Shown: positions 12,898 through 26,906, counted from the first letter of the stretch. The stretch: DNA of 64,000 bases from Octopus sinensis (GCF_006345805.1 NC_043004.1:86552001-86616000), one strand, 5' to 3'. Made by a program: numbers and translations. Notes: a model not told the origin generated them from the sequence alone.

Positions 12898-13105
12898 TAT
12901 ATATAATATATATATATATACAAATATATATATGGACATAAGTAATAATTCTAAATTTGGGTATACACCTGGTAGTAAGCCATTTAAGGCACATTCTCTG
13001 TCGTCTTCAGCTACCTGATGTCATGAACAGTATGTATACAAGTGCTACTGGATTTACTTCAAGAAATCCTTCATGTCTGTCAAGCATATAACATATGCAA
13101 TGAAG

Positions 13106-13500
13106 AGAAAATGGAATTCATGAGACTCTTTATTAATCACTACGATTGTTTCGACCCATCATGCCTTAGTCCCTCTTGGGTGAAATTCTGTACAACTGGT
13201 TATGATGCATCATTTGGTGCAGATGTACCTTATCAGGTGACCTTTCAAAAGGTCATTCTATATTATGACCTCCCTTGTACACAACCAGCTACAGGCAAAC
13301 AACAGAATGTATTATAATTGAAATAAGCAAAACTGAGATTATGGAGTAAGGTAGCTTTTGATTGGTCACCTGATGAGGCTCATCTGCACTGAATGATGCA
13401 CTACAACCAGTTGTATAGAATCTCACCCACAAAGGACTGATGCATGGTGGGTCAAAACAACTGTAATGATTAATAAAGAATCTTGTGAATTCCATTTTGT
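13106..13500. repeat. Inverted pair of hammerhead-bearing elements
   Basis: Arms ~13106-13245 and ~13362-13500 are reverse complements. Same family as 10051-10153. Confidence 0.85.
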
Positions 13501-13533
13501 CTTTCTCTCATGTGTTATATATAGGCACATATG

Positions 13534-13572
<39 letters not shown>

Positions 13573-14350
13573 TCACATATATAGCATACATGCATAGGCC
13601 ACTGACTATTAGGGTCTGATGAGACATATGTAAAGCTAAGCGGTTTATGGACATGAAACTCGGGGTAACCCTATGAACCAACCATAACTAACATTCTCTA
13701 AATATATATCATCATCATCATTGTTTAACGTCTGTTTTCCATGGTGGCATGGGTTGGACGGTTTGACTGAGGACTGGCAAGCCAGTAGGCTGCACCAGGC
13801 TCCAATCTGATCTGGCAAGGTTTCTATAGTTGGATGCCCTTCCTAACAACAACCACTCTGAGAGTGTAGTGGGTGCTTTTTATGTGCCATCAACATGGAA
13901 GCCAGTCAGGCGGCACTGGCATCAACCACATATGGATGGTGCACAGGAGCCAGTCGTGGGGTGCTGGCATTGACCATGTTCGGATGGTGTTTTTTATGTA
14001 CCACTGGCAAGGGGAGCCAGTCAGGCGGCACTAGCATTGACTTATGCTTGAATGGTGCTTATTATGTGCCACCAGCATGGGCATCAGTCAGACAGCACTG
14101 GCATTGGCCACAACTACTATTTCCATTTTGATTTTGATATTATATATGTATATAATGTAAAAGCATAGGTGCTGATGCCACATAAAAAGCACTTGATAAC
14201 TGGATTTAGGAAGGACATCCATCTGTAGATACCATACCAAAACAGACAATGGAACTTGGTGCAGCTTCTCACCTTGTCAGCTCCTGTGAAACCATCAAAC
14301 CGATATTGGCATGAAAAATGAATGTTAAATGATGATGACGACTACGACAA

Positions 14351-14384
<34 letters not shown>

Positions 14385-15103
14385 ATTAAATATTATTTCT
14401 CATGTTTCTTTCTAAGCTGATTCCATCCTCATCCTCACCAAATTCTACAAGTATTTTTCTCTCTCTCTTTTTCTTTCGCTCTCATTCTCTCTACTAAAGA
14501 GAAAAAAATAATAAAATAAAACCCCACTCCTTAGTATCTAACAACACTAGACAGAACAAAAGCAAACCCATTTTAAAGCCAACAATGGTTCGCAATCTCA
14601 CAATCAGAAGCAGAGACAGAAATCCTTAGTTTAGCTTAACTAAGTCAATGCCAAGCCATTAAGAACTACAAAAGCAACAAAACTAAAGTGACAAATGTCA
14701 ACTACAATCTACATTGTAAAACCAAGAAGCAATAATCTGTCTCATTTATATCTGTTGAAGCTTTGTGAAGAAAAAAGTATATGTTCACAAGCTTGACTGA
14801 TTGTTTGCTGTGCACATTGGAAAAATAGGTTGGAAATATCAAATGAGAAATAGAAAATAAGTTATATAAACATATAACAAATTCCTTGTTTTACAATTGT
14901 AGAGAAACAATAGTTTTGAAAAATGTCGTCTGTCCATGCTGACAAAAATTAAAGGATCCTTTTAACTTTTAACTTGCTTCAGTTATTTTAAACTTGGTAC
15001 TTACTCTATTTGTCTCTTGTGCTAAACTGCGAAGGAACAGGGATGTAAACAAACCAGCACTGGTTGTCAAGCACTGGTGGAGGACAAACACAAATACTTA
15101 TAA

Positions 15104-15301
15104 TAAAGTGGGGATGCTGAAAAGTTCCTAGTTTTAAGGGTATCGTGAAAGGCCTGGTTGGAAGCCCAACCTCTCAAGTTATTTTACAGGGATTAGAAAA
15201 ACTGAAGGACTGCAGCAATAAATGTATTAATCTGAGGGATTAACGGATCCTCGTGTATTTTCTTTTACCTAAAGCCAGGAACTTTTCAGCACTCTCTTGT
15301 A
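15104..15301. mobile_element. mariner-like MITE
   Basis: TIRs ...GCTGAAAAGTTCC and GGAACTTTTCAGC...TA. Confidence 0.6.
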
Positions 15302-16191
15302 AACATATATCAAAAGGATGTATTATAACACTATTCCACATATACAAAAATAGCCATACCAACAATCCAGCATACCTCCATCATCAGCTGCCCCACGGAT
15401 ATCATTATGGTTTTGACACCTGGGCAGTACCATTCAATCTGGCGGTGTCAGCAGCACTAAAAGAAGTGCTGTTTTGGGAACAAAACACACACACGACTTT
15501 CAAACACATTTACTCTATGTACAAAATGTGTATACTTTGATAGACATCTTGATCTCTTCCTACCAAAACATCATCTCCAAACAAGGTGAAGATTTATCAA
15601 AATGCAAGGATCCTGAACTGGAATGAAGAAAGGTTGGAGAATAAGACAGTACAAATTGGACCTTTTAAATTTAGCTTTCCATGTTTCAACAAGTCCCATG
15701 ATTGGAACTTTACAATTTTTGATGCAGGCATGGCTGTGTTGTAAAGAAGATTGCTTCCCAGCCATATGGTTTAGGGGTCTTCTACAACAGCCTAGGGTCA
15801 ACCAAAGCCTTGTAAGTGGATTTGATTGAGAGAAACTAAAAGAAGCTCATAGCCTGTGTATGTATACATATTTGTCTTGAGATTACATTATAACTGTAAA
15901 TGAGTATCACCACTGTATTAGCTGCATCCTTCATTTCAAACATTCCATGAAACTATGCCCACCCATGAGAAAATATTTCCTGCAACAGGTAAAGGTTGGC
16001 TACGAGAAGGACATCCAGCCTTAAAAATGGCTGTGTGGTAAGTAGCTTGCTTACCAACCACATGGTCCCTGGTTCAGTCCCACTGTGTGGTACCTTGGGA
16101 AAGTGTCTTCTACTATAGTCTCGGCTGACCAAAGCCTTGTGAGTGGATTTGGTAGACGGAAACTGGAAGAAACCCATCGTATATGTATGTA

Positions 16192-17032
16192 TCTCTCTAT
16201 ATATAAAACTGAGAATGTGTGTCAGTCTGTCTGTGTGTTTCCCTAAAACTTGAGAACTACACAACCAATTTCATTCAAATTTTACACATGCCTTACTTAG
16301 GGTCCATGTAGTTTCATGGGAAAAAAAATGTTCAACTTCTTGCCTAGGGCGAGCCCATAGCAATATCATATCTTCTCCACTATTTCAGTATTACATGTTA
16401 AAAGTGAAACAAAACCATTTCTCTATTTTATGTCAGATACTTTCACTATAACAATAAAAATTAGAGATAATAATAACAATTGAATTATATGTAGTAAGTT
16501 ATAATTAAAATCAAACTAAAGTATAATATAATCGTAACATAACAAAAGTAAAAATAGCAATTGGTATAATATTGCATCAATGACTTGAACTTGAATAAGT
16601 GGTTTCACATGAATGGGAATAAATTTAAAATAAAATTAGCGTGCAGAAATGGAATAGTCCAGATGGAGGTGTGCACATATCTCGACTCGAACCTTGCAAA
16701 GTGGAAATATTATATTTTTACCTTTATATCTGGGACGTAGGACGTCCCGGATAAAAATTTAAAATGTCCCCCCAGAAGTAGAGGTAGGCTGGATTGTAGC
16801 CACACTTCTATAAAAGAGGGAGGACAACATACAATTGATCAAAATTACAATTCCAGTCTGTTATATATTTTGAGTATTGTTATCACTAGCGATATCAAGA
16901 TATAACTTTGTATTTTGTATTTTATGTGTAGATGTATATATATATAGATGTACATGTAATATGTACACATATATATACACATATATACATGCACTAGCAC
17001 TATGACCCGGCAACGACGGGTCATAATACTAG
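16192..17032 (+). mobile_element. Non-autonomous Helitron
   Basis: 5' A|TCTCTCTATATATAAAA. Subterminal hairpin TATGACCCG/CGGGTCATA (17001-17025). 3' CTAG|T. Confidence 0.8.
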
Positions 17033-17230
17033 TATATATATATATATACATATATTAAGGTATGTAGAAAAATACAACATGGACAAGAACGTATAACTCA
17101 TAGAAGACGATACAATAAACATGGACAGGACATTCGAACCCCTCAGTCTTCAGTCAAGAACCGGATCATTGTAGTAATTTCGGCTGATTAATCTTGAGAT
17201 TACTAGATCACGGCCAGCCCTCCAATATAT

Positions 17231-17700
17231 ATAAATTAAATTTGAGATAAAACCACTATTAGGCAAATCAAACAATGAAAAACATAAACCAAAACATAAA
17301 AATTAAAATAATTAATATAATTTACAAAATATATAAAATATAAAATTTTAAGTTTAAATTATTTAAATTTAAAATTATTAATATATATTTATATTTATAT
17401 CTATAATTTTTTTTAAATAATTATATATAACTATCAAAAAGTATAAAAAGTTTATTATAAGATAAGTAAAACCATATCTTATAATAAACTTTTTATACTT
17501 TTTGATAGTTATATATAATTATGAAAAATAAATTTATAAATAAAAATATAATTATAAATTAATAATTTTAAATTTAAATAATTTAAACTTTAAATTTTAT
17601 ATTTTATATATTTTGTAAATTATATTAATTATTTTAATTTTTATGTTTTGGTTCATGTTTTTCACTGTTTGATTTGCCTATTATCTCTAATTTAATTTAT
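17231..17700. repeat. AT-rich long palindrome
   Basis: ~230-bp arms (17231-17463, 17476-17700) around the 12-nt loop AAGTAAAACCAT. Confidence 0.92.
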
Positions 17701-17772
17701 ATTTATACTGTGAAATTGGATTTAATCCTAAATCTAATTTTTCCCTGTAAATTTGGATTTACTCCCAAATAT

Positions 17773-17844
<72 letters not shown>

Positions 17845-18659
17845 GTGTGTATATGTCTGTGTGTCTGTTTGCCCCCCCCCCCCCCCCCGAGCATCGCTTG
17901 ACATCCGATGCTGGCGTGTTTACGTCCCTGTAACTTAGCGGTTCAGCAAAAGAGACAGATGGAATAAGTACTAGGCTTACAAAGAATGAAATCTGGGGTT
18001 GATTTACTCAACTAAAGGTGATGCTCCAGCATGGCCGCAGTCAAATGACTGAAACAAGTAAAAGAGAGTAACTAATTCTATCTGACCCATGCAAGAATGA
18101 AAAGTAGATGTAATAATTATGGAATCAATTGATACGGTAGAAAAAAAAGGACACAAAGAAAACCATCGGGTATATTCCAAGGTTCTTATTATTAACCACA
18201 AACTAAAAAAGCTACAGCACATGTGCATAAGATCTTAATGCAATCACATAATTTTGACAACAACCTATATGACTTTGTCTGTCTACCCTAATGGGGCCCC
18301 AGTCCAGTGACTGAAATCACCACTGGCTGGCATGGATTTGCCGATCCAAACTGATAAAGACATCAAGGCAATTCTTTGGGGTTTGAATAATTCACCTCTG
18401 GAAACATGCATGTTTCATTCAAAATTCTTAAACAACCCTTATTGGGGGACCTTTTGAGCAGGGTGGGCTACTTAATCTGAAGAAAATTCTAGCTGGGCCC
18501 CACCTGCAAAGTCATGCGTTGTTTCTCTTGGTATGAGATCACCATTTTGTGCACACATGGTTGTGATGCATGTGCCTGGTGTACTCTTATCAGATGGTTA
18601 GTTAGGTGAATAAATAAATAATAACAATAACAACAACAATAATAATAATTCTTTCTATT

Positions 18660-19055
18660 ATTGGCATAAGGCCTGAAACTTTGGGGGAAGGGGCTAGTCA
18701 GTTACTTATTTCATCGACCCCCAAAAGGATGAAATGCAAAGTCGACCTCAGCAGAATTTGAACTCAGGACATAAGAATGGATGAAATGTTTCTAAGCATT
18801 CTGTCAAACATGCTAATGATTCTTATTTCTTTATTGCCCACAAGGGGCTAAACATAGAGGGGACAAACAAGGACAGACAAACGGATTAAGTCGATTAGAT
18901 CGACCCCAGTGCATAACTGGTACTTAATTTATCGACCCTGAAAGGATGAAAGGCAAAGTCGACCTCGGCGGAATTTGAACTCAGAATGTAACGGCATACG
19001 AAATACCGCTAAGCATTTCGCCTGGTGTGCTAATGATTCTGCCAGCTTGCCACCT
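18660..19055 (-). mobile_element. Two tandem Nin/Deu-like SINE copies
   Basis: Reverse complement of gaggtcgactttgcctttcatcc occurs twice. Confidence 0.8.
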
Positions 19056-19057
19056 TC

Positions 19058-19088
<31 letters not shown>

Positions 19089-19097
19089 TAATAATAA

Positions 19098-19140
<43 letters not shown>

Positions 19141-19145
19141 GTTAC

Positions 19146-19450
19146 CTGTATTTTTCCACATGTTCGGTTGACTTGGTTTTGTCATAAAACCCAGGTAAAA
19201 GATTGTGAATCTTACTTTCATCAATGTTGTTGTTGTTGTTTGTGGTGGCAGTGGTGGTGGTCGTGGTGGTATTGTTGTTGCCATCATTGTTGTGGTGGTG
19301 CTTCTTGCTACCATTGTTTTTCTCGTTGGTGACATTTTTATTCATGTTCTTCTTGCCGTTGTTACTGTACGTATTCAGCACAATTTTGTTTCTTCGCAAA
19401 CTCCTGCGACGTGACATCTTATTCTCTGTCTTCTTGTTGCGCATCATCAT
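19146..19450 (-). CDS. NSUN7: NSUN7-like gene, probable first coding exon (Asn/Thr/Lys-rich low-complexity N-terminus)
   Basis: ORF MMMRNKKTENK...EHVEKYR ends at the donor ACAG|GTAACT in phase 2. This matches the phase-2 acceptor at 11385. No homology supports this exon itself. Confidence 0.55.
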
Positions 19451-19533
19451 AAACTATTCGACGAGATGCAGCAGCAAGCACTAACCTCTATTTCTGATGT
19501 GTTTGTTTGTTTCTTTGTATGTTGTCGTTGCAG

Positions 19534-19574
<41 letters not shown>

Positions 19575-20031
19575 ACTGGAAGGGACTGAAACAGATTTTG
19601 AGTAACTGTTGTTAAACATCATACTAACTATATTCTTTATACGATCAATTGATTGCTCTTGTACAAACAGAACAACAAACAATCCGTTGGGAATATATGC
19701 TTGTCTGTCTGTCTGTCTGTCTGAGTGTGTGCATGTGTATGTGCATGTGTTTGTGTATATGAGTGTATGTATATGTGTATATGTGTGTGTGTGTGTGTGT
19801 AAAAGTCTGGGTTCTTTGTATATATATATATATATATAATATATATATATATATATTTATAAGTATGTGTGTGTGTTCTATGTGTGTGTATATATATACA
19901 TTTATATGTATGTCTGTGTTCTTTGTATATATATATATATATATTTATATGTATGTGTGTGTATATGTAAGTATGTATATGTGTATGAAACTATATGTAT
20001 GTCGTATGTGTATGTGTGTATGTGTGTGTGT

Positions 20032-20076
<45 letters not shown>

Positions 20077-21229
20077 ATTATATCCTTGGTTACAATGAAA
20101 CCTTTGGTCTGAGTATAGCAGAGTTTAAAGCTGTCTCAATATTTTCTAATCAGTCATTAAAAAAAAAAAGGAAAAATTAAAAAAAGAGAGAAAAAGATAG
20201 AAATGAAATAAAAAAAAAATAACAAAGAAAGAAAGGAACAAGAAATGAAAGAAACAAAACATATTAATAATAATGATTATGATAATGATGTTAATGATAA
20301 TGATAATAACAACTACAACATAAGTAAAGTGGTAGACAAACATACATTTGTCACTGAAAGGGAAAAAAGGGATTTCAAGAGGAAGAGAAACAAAGAAGTA
20401 AATAGTGGAAATGTGTGAAAACATATGTACACACACACACACACGCACACACACATGCATATATATAATTATGCATACACCTGTGTACATGTATGTGTGT
20501 GTGTGTGTGTTAATATATGTATATACATCAAAGTATGCAGTATTAGAGATCCATTGCAACAGATCTTAGCCATCAGTTTTCGCACTGATTATCAAATAAC
20601 CGAACATTAAGCAGTACATTTAAATGGCTTAATGGTTAGGGTATTTGGCCCACAATTGTAAGGTCTTGAGTTCAATTCCTGGTGACTCGTTGTATCCTTG
20701 GACAAGACACTTTATTGGCAGTCCACTCAGCTAGCAAAACTGAGTTGTACCTGTATTTCAAAAGGCCAACCTTGTCCCATTCTGAATATCCCTGAGAACT
20801 AAGTTATGGGTACATGTGTCTGTGGAGTGCTCAGCCACTTGCATGTTAATTCCATGAGCAGCTGGCTGTTCTGTTGATCAAAAATATTGGAACACTCGTC
20901 ATCATAAATGACAAAATGCCAGGCAATGTGTGTGTGTGTGTGTTGTGTGTGTGTGTGTGTGTGTGTGTATTTATGTATGTATGTATGTATGTATGTATGT
21001 ATGTATGTAGTAAAAAAAAAATGAAAATGCATAGAAATTTTATGTTGGAAAAAATATATATATTTTTTTTTTTCCAACATTAAAATTCTGCACATTTTCC
21101 TTCCTTTTATTTTTTAGTACAATTCACTCTCTTTTACTCTTTTACTTGTTTCAGTCATTTGCTGGAGCACTGCCTTTAAGGTAACAAATATTTTTTTCCA
21201 AAAATTTGCATTCATTTCATCATTTTTTA

Positions 21230-21860
21230 TAAGCACCAAACATTGGGCAAGCAGAGCCTTCTGGGCGTTTCTGTCAAGTGCCAAATCCCAAGTTTCATCC
21301 CAACTCTTGACATCACTTATAACATCTTTTCTTTTTTTTACTACTGCCAGCTATTTCTTCTTTGGATGCCCTTTCTTCCTGGGACTCTGCAGACACCACT
21401 GGGGACACTAGCATGGAAGGTGGAAGGATCCATCCTCGGATACTTCATGCTCTTGCTGGCCACCAACTGACTAAGCTTACATGAAAGTCCAGATCTTGTT
21501 ACTTCAGGTTAGTGACACAGTTTCCGTATGAAATGTGGTGTATCTCATGCAAACATCTTTGCCAGATGTTCAATTTCCTCTCTAGTGTCAGAGAGGCCAT
21601 GACTCACAGCTATAAAGACGGTTAGAGAAGACGATGCTCAATAGCAGCCGGAGTTTGATCTTTGTACTAATGCAGTGAGATTCCTAGGTATCTAATTTAT
21701 ATCAACATATTGCTTTGGTCTTCAGTTTTCTATATGAGTTTTTAGAGACTTCATTAGCAGTCTGGCTTCAAATTTCAATTCACCTGGGGGACGAAGTGAC
21801 CCCACTCCTGACATAGAGCCTATCCACTCCCACTGTTGGTCGATGTTCACAAGCATATGT
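21230..21860 (-). mobile_element. Degenerate RTE LINE 3' fragment
   Basis: ...TKIKLRLL...LYSCESW... and ...PRKKGHPKK...WDLALDR remnants. Confidence 0.6.
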
Positions 21861-24385
21861 GTTACATCACACATCAATAACCCACTTTGCTTTACAAAGA
21901 CTGTTGTATTTATTAAGTTACAAACAAAATTGATTAGATTGCTAGGTAGATATCAGCAAGGAGTTAAACAGGAAATGTGAATTATTATTCAACCTCACAC
22001 TGGGAGCTTTGATCATTTCTTTATCTCTATTCCTTAATGTCTACGTGAATTTCCTATCCTTCTTTTATTTCTATCATTTATTTGATTGTGACCAGACTGG
22101 AGCACAATTGTCTGTCCTCAAGATTTTCAATTGGTTGTATCAACCTTGCTTTTGTCTGGTATATACTCTATCCTTTCCCCTACATACGAAATGTAAAATA
22201 AACATTAGAGTAAAGTTAGATAACTCAACTAGACATGCAGATAACATAGTACACTATATGCCTAAATACACACGTTGTAGTAGTAGTAGTAGTAGTAGTA
22301 GTGTTTTCTAAATGACTTAGAACATCATTAACTGGAGAAAGAACTCAATACATGAAGTAGGATCAAATATTTATTTATTTCTTAAACTTTGACTGTGACT
22401 TCTAAGTTTTGTCAAGGAGGGCTTATCAAAGAGTCATAGCTTGAGAAGCCTATTTCTGGAAGTTATAGTCAACTTTGTGTGTGTGTGTGTGTATTTGTCT
22501 CCCCATAAACGCTATGACAACCAGTGTTTGTATGTTTAGCAGTTCAGCAAAAGGCACTGAGTGAATAAGTACCAGGCTTTAAAAAACCAAGTACTGGGGT
22601 TGATTCGATTAACTAAAATTCTTCAAGGTGGTGCCCCAGCATGGCCACAGTGTAATGACTGAAACAAGTAAAAGCCAAAAGATGAAAGATATACACACAC
22701 ACACACATACACACATATGTCAGGCTTCCATACAGTTTTCATCAACTAAATTCCACTCACACAGTATTAATGATCTCATGGCTATGATGGAAGATAGTCT
22801 TCCAAATTACCCTACCCTGAAATTGAAACTGGAGCCATAGATTGTTGTGAACACAGCTGGAACCACACATTGTTGGTACATGTGGTCATCATCCCTACAA
22901 ATTTCCTATTATCTACATAAATCTCCCACTGTCTGTATTATTTGTCCTGGTTATTAAAGCATTTAATAGTTTTAATTTACAAAAATCAAAAAACACAATT
23001 GGTTTCTAAGTGTCTTTGCCTGTTGGTTGTCTCCTGTTGCTATGTAAATGAATGTCTATGAAACTGAGCTGGCCAATACAAATAAGTGTTCACTGAACAC
23101 TGCTTGTGGCATTCAAAACATGTGTAAACAATCCAAAGAGGAAGCAAGGGGTTCATCAACATGGTTTCTTGACCAACTAGAAACAGCAGGTATATTTACC
23201 TCTCAAGCAGCACACCACAGTTTTAAAAAGAGAAGAACAATTTGCCAGGATGATGTAAAATATTTACTCATGTATAAACCACGCTATTTTATGTTTCAGC
23301 TTAACTGGAAAAAATGGTGTGTGACTTATATATGGAACAAAGCTAAAACTATGAAGGGAGAAAATTTTGGATCAAGATTTAAAAGTAAATGAAGAGATAT
23401 GACTTATACACAAGTCCATGTGGTAGTTCTAGTGACAGCATTATACCTTGTAACAAAGAAGGGATGAAATGCTACATTCTGTGCTTTGATCATAGCTCTG
23501 TTCAATCAAAGTTGACAACTGGAACTCAGCTACAACAATGACAATGATACAGAGGCTGTAAACAAATATCTTTGAATAAAGAAAATAATCTTTGTCAAAG
23601 TCATTCAATTCTAAAATTGTGAAAAGGCTTATAACCAGGCAGGTAAAATAGGTGAAGAACAAACGATATAATTGGTAAAATAAACAGTTTTCTTTGTTTG
23701 TTTTTGCTTTCTTCATCTTTTAATCAGGAGAGAAGACAACAATCATAACCTCTTTTTCTTTCTTTCTTCCTTTTTCTTTTTAATTGAAAGTCTCAAACAA
23801 GGTGAAAAGCCACTTAGTGTAAAGTATTATGAAGAAGAAGAAATTAAGATAAAAGGAAGGAATTTACTGTAGACTTGAGGAAGACAGTTCCAAAGTTTGA
23901 CAGTTTGAGAAAATAGGCTACGATCGTCGAAAGACTTCTTTATTCATTGAAACACAACATTTGGATGAAGATACTGTTTACAGGAATTCCAAAATTGGTG
24001 GGAAGGAGGTGTGATGTAACTAGTGTATGTGTGTGTGGGTGTGTGTGTGCGTATGTGTTGCTTGGGGCAGCCCTTGAGTTTGCAGCACTTGTCCCCCAGG
24101 TGGTGGGTGGGTATAAGCCTAGTTAGCCTTGTGAGTGGATTTGATAAACAGAAACTGAAGGAAGCCCATCATATATATATATATATCACCGTGATCACCA
24201 TAACCGACCAGGCTATCAGATGTTGCTACACATCGTTGGTCACAATGCGCTTCTCATTGTTTTAGCCTTCAAAGGATGCCACCCCGCTGGCTAAGTGAGC
24301 AGGCCAATATATATATGTAAGTAAGATTTAAAGAATGGAGATGTAGCATAAATATGATTTATTAAGTGCAAAAAATCCAACATAT

Positions 24386-24468
24386 TCTCTTACAGCTGTT
24401 TCGATTTAGCCTAAAGATTAAATTACAATAATTAAATCATTGTATTAGGCAAAATCTCATCAGAAGAG
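24386..24468 (-). ncRNA. Hammerhead ribozyme motif
   Basis: ctctt-CTGATGA-gattttgccta...taggctaaatc-GAAA-cagctg-T-A-agag. Stem II has 10 of 11 pairs; stem I is imperfect. Confidence 0.6.
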
Positions 24469-25566
24469 TAAAAAATATATACCATTAAGTTATTAGGTGT
24501 TGTGTTTTCAAATCATCTCAGCAGACATGCGTTTGTGTGTGTGTGTACATGTGTGCTTGTCTTCCACCATAACTTGACAACCAGTGTTGGTGTGTTTACA
24601 CCCAGTAACCTAGCAGCTCAGCAAAAGAGTCCAGTAGAATAAACATCAGTTTTAGTTAGACTTATGCAGCAGAAACACGCCACCTCCATAAAAGCATTGC
24701 CCAGGATAGACCATCCCCACCTGAACACCCCACCCCTCAGCTATACTACTGAGAGGGAGGTGTCCACAAAATAGAAGCCTGGTCCAAATGCAATAGAATG
24801 GTCCCTGCTAAAGGCACCCAAGGTTGGCAGGTGGTGATATAAAACTGGGCAACAGATTAACTCTACCACCCATGAAGACCTTAGTGAGATTTGAACTCAG
24901 GATACATAGAAGAGGAACAAATACCAGAGGGCATCCAATCCAATGCTCTGATACTTCTGCCAGTCCACTACCTTGTGTTGATTTTATTTTATTGACTCCT
25001 ACAAAGATAAAGGAAAGAGCTGTCATTGGTGCGATTTGAACTCCGAACACTTCAATCAAGAGAAGAATGGAAGCACATTGTAATAAGCAATGTTTAAGGA
25101 CACTTGACTATCTGGTTGATGTAGAAATGGAGCTATTGCTAAATTTTAAAATCCTTCTAAAATTAAAATTTTGACATACAAAGGGAATCTTTAACCCTGA
25201 AAGCTCACCTCAAAAAACTAGAGATCAACATATAATGCAGGGATAATGGCAAATCTTAACTGCCAAATGATAAACAAATGGAGTATATATATACATACAT
25301 ATATATATATATATATCATCATCATCATCGTTTAACATCCGTTCTCTATGCTAGCATGGGTTGGACGGTTCGACTGGGGATCTGGGAAGCCAGAAGGCTG
25401 CACCAGGCTCCAGTCTGATCTGGCAGTGTTTCTACAGCTGGATGCCCTTCCTAATGCCAACCACGCTGTAAGTGTAGTGGGTGCTTTTTACGTGCCACCG
25501 ACACAAGTGCCAGGCAAGGCTGGCAATGCCTGGCACCTGTGCCGATACAAATATATGTGTGTGTGT

Positions 25567-25613
<47 letters not shown>

Positions 25614-25676
25614 GTGAGTGTGTGTATGTATGTATGTATGTATGTATGTATGTGTATTATATGTATGTATATATAT

Positions 25677-25708
<32 letters not shown>

Positions 25709-26383
25709 ATCATTATATTAGGCAAAATCTCATCGAGGAGTAGTAAAGATATATCATTAAGTTATTAGGTGTTGTGTTTTCAAATCATCTCAGCAGACAC
25801 GTGTGTGTGTGTGTGTGTGTGTTTTGTGTGTGTGTGCATGTGTGTGTGTACATGTGTGTTTGTCTTCCACCATAACTTGACAACCAGTGTTGGTGTGTTT
25901 ACACCCAGTAACCTAGCAGTTTATATATGTGTGTATATATGAATGAGTGTATGTGTAAATGAATATTTATACATGTACAATACATGTAGATGTAGGCATA
26001 TATATATATATGCATATATATATGCTTACATATATACATATACATGCATGTCTTGATGCACTGAAATGAAGAAATCATACAACACTCACAGCCCAAACTG
26101 GCAAAAATAAGACTTTTTTTGTTTTTTGTCATAACCAAAAATGGAATATAAGCAAATAAGGAGAAAATGAAAGCATTTCATCTGTTGCCAGACAGCCGTC
26201 ACTTCATACAGAACAAATTCAAAAGATCAAAGGTATCTGTCATTATTAAACAGCAAACCAGAGAAGTCTTTTGTAAATTCTGAAATAATTGTGGATAATA
26301 GTTTAAAAAGTAAATTTTTTAACGTCAGCACAAAATAAATTGACTATTGTCGCAATCTACTGAAGTTGTTAAAAGAAAACTCG

Positions 26384-26419
<36 letters not shown>

Positions 26420-26867
26420 TGTGTGTGTGTAATATCTCTTTACTCTTTACTCTTTTACTTGTTTCAGTTATTTGACTGCGGCCATGCTGGATCACTGCCT
26501 TTAGTCAAGCAAATTGACCCCAGGACTTATTCTTTGTAAGCCTAGTACTTATTCTATCGGTCTCTTTTGCCGAACCGCTAAGTTACGGGGACATGAACAC
26601 ACCAGCATCGGTTGTCAAGCAATGTTGGGAGGACAAACACAGACACACAAACACACACATTCATATATACATATATACGACAGGCTTCTTTCAGTTTCTG
26701 TCTACCAAATCCACTCATAAGGCCTTGATCGATCCAAGGCTATAGTAGAAGACACTTGCCCAAAGTGTCACGCAGTGGGACTGAACCTGGAACCATCTGG
26801 CTGGTAAGCAAGCTACTTACCACACAGCCACTCCTGCACCTATATATATATAGTGTGTGTGTGAGTG

Positions 26868-26906
<39 letters not shown>

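Noticed and set aside
13615-13670. CTGATGA...GAAAC as a hammerhead
   Set aside because: No convincing stem II or stem I in this copy.
17136-17225. CTGAAGA and cagccGAAA motifs on the minus strand as a hammerhead
   Set aside because: The motifs are in an order and context where stem II does not close after CUGAAGA.
19488-19682. Upstream poly-Asn ORF as part of NSUN7
   Set aside because: It stops before the main ATG and I found no in-frame splice. At most it is a uORF.
23048-23392. 114-aa ORF with KRRTICQDDVKYLL, faintly histone-fold-like
   Set aside because: Similarity is limited to one short motif and no consistent splice phases were found.
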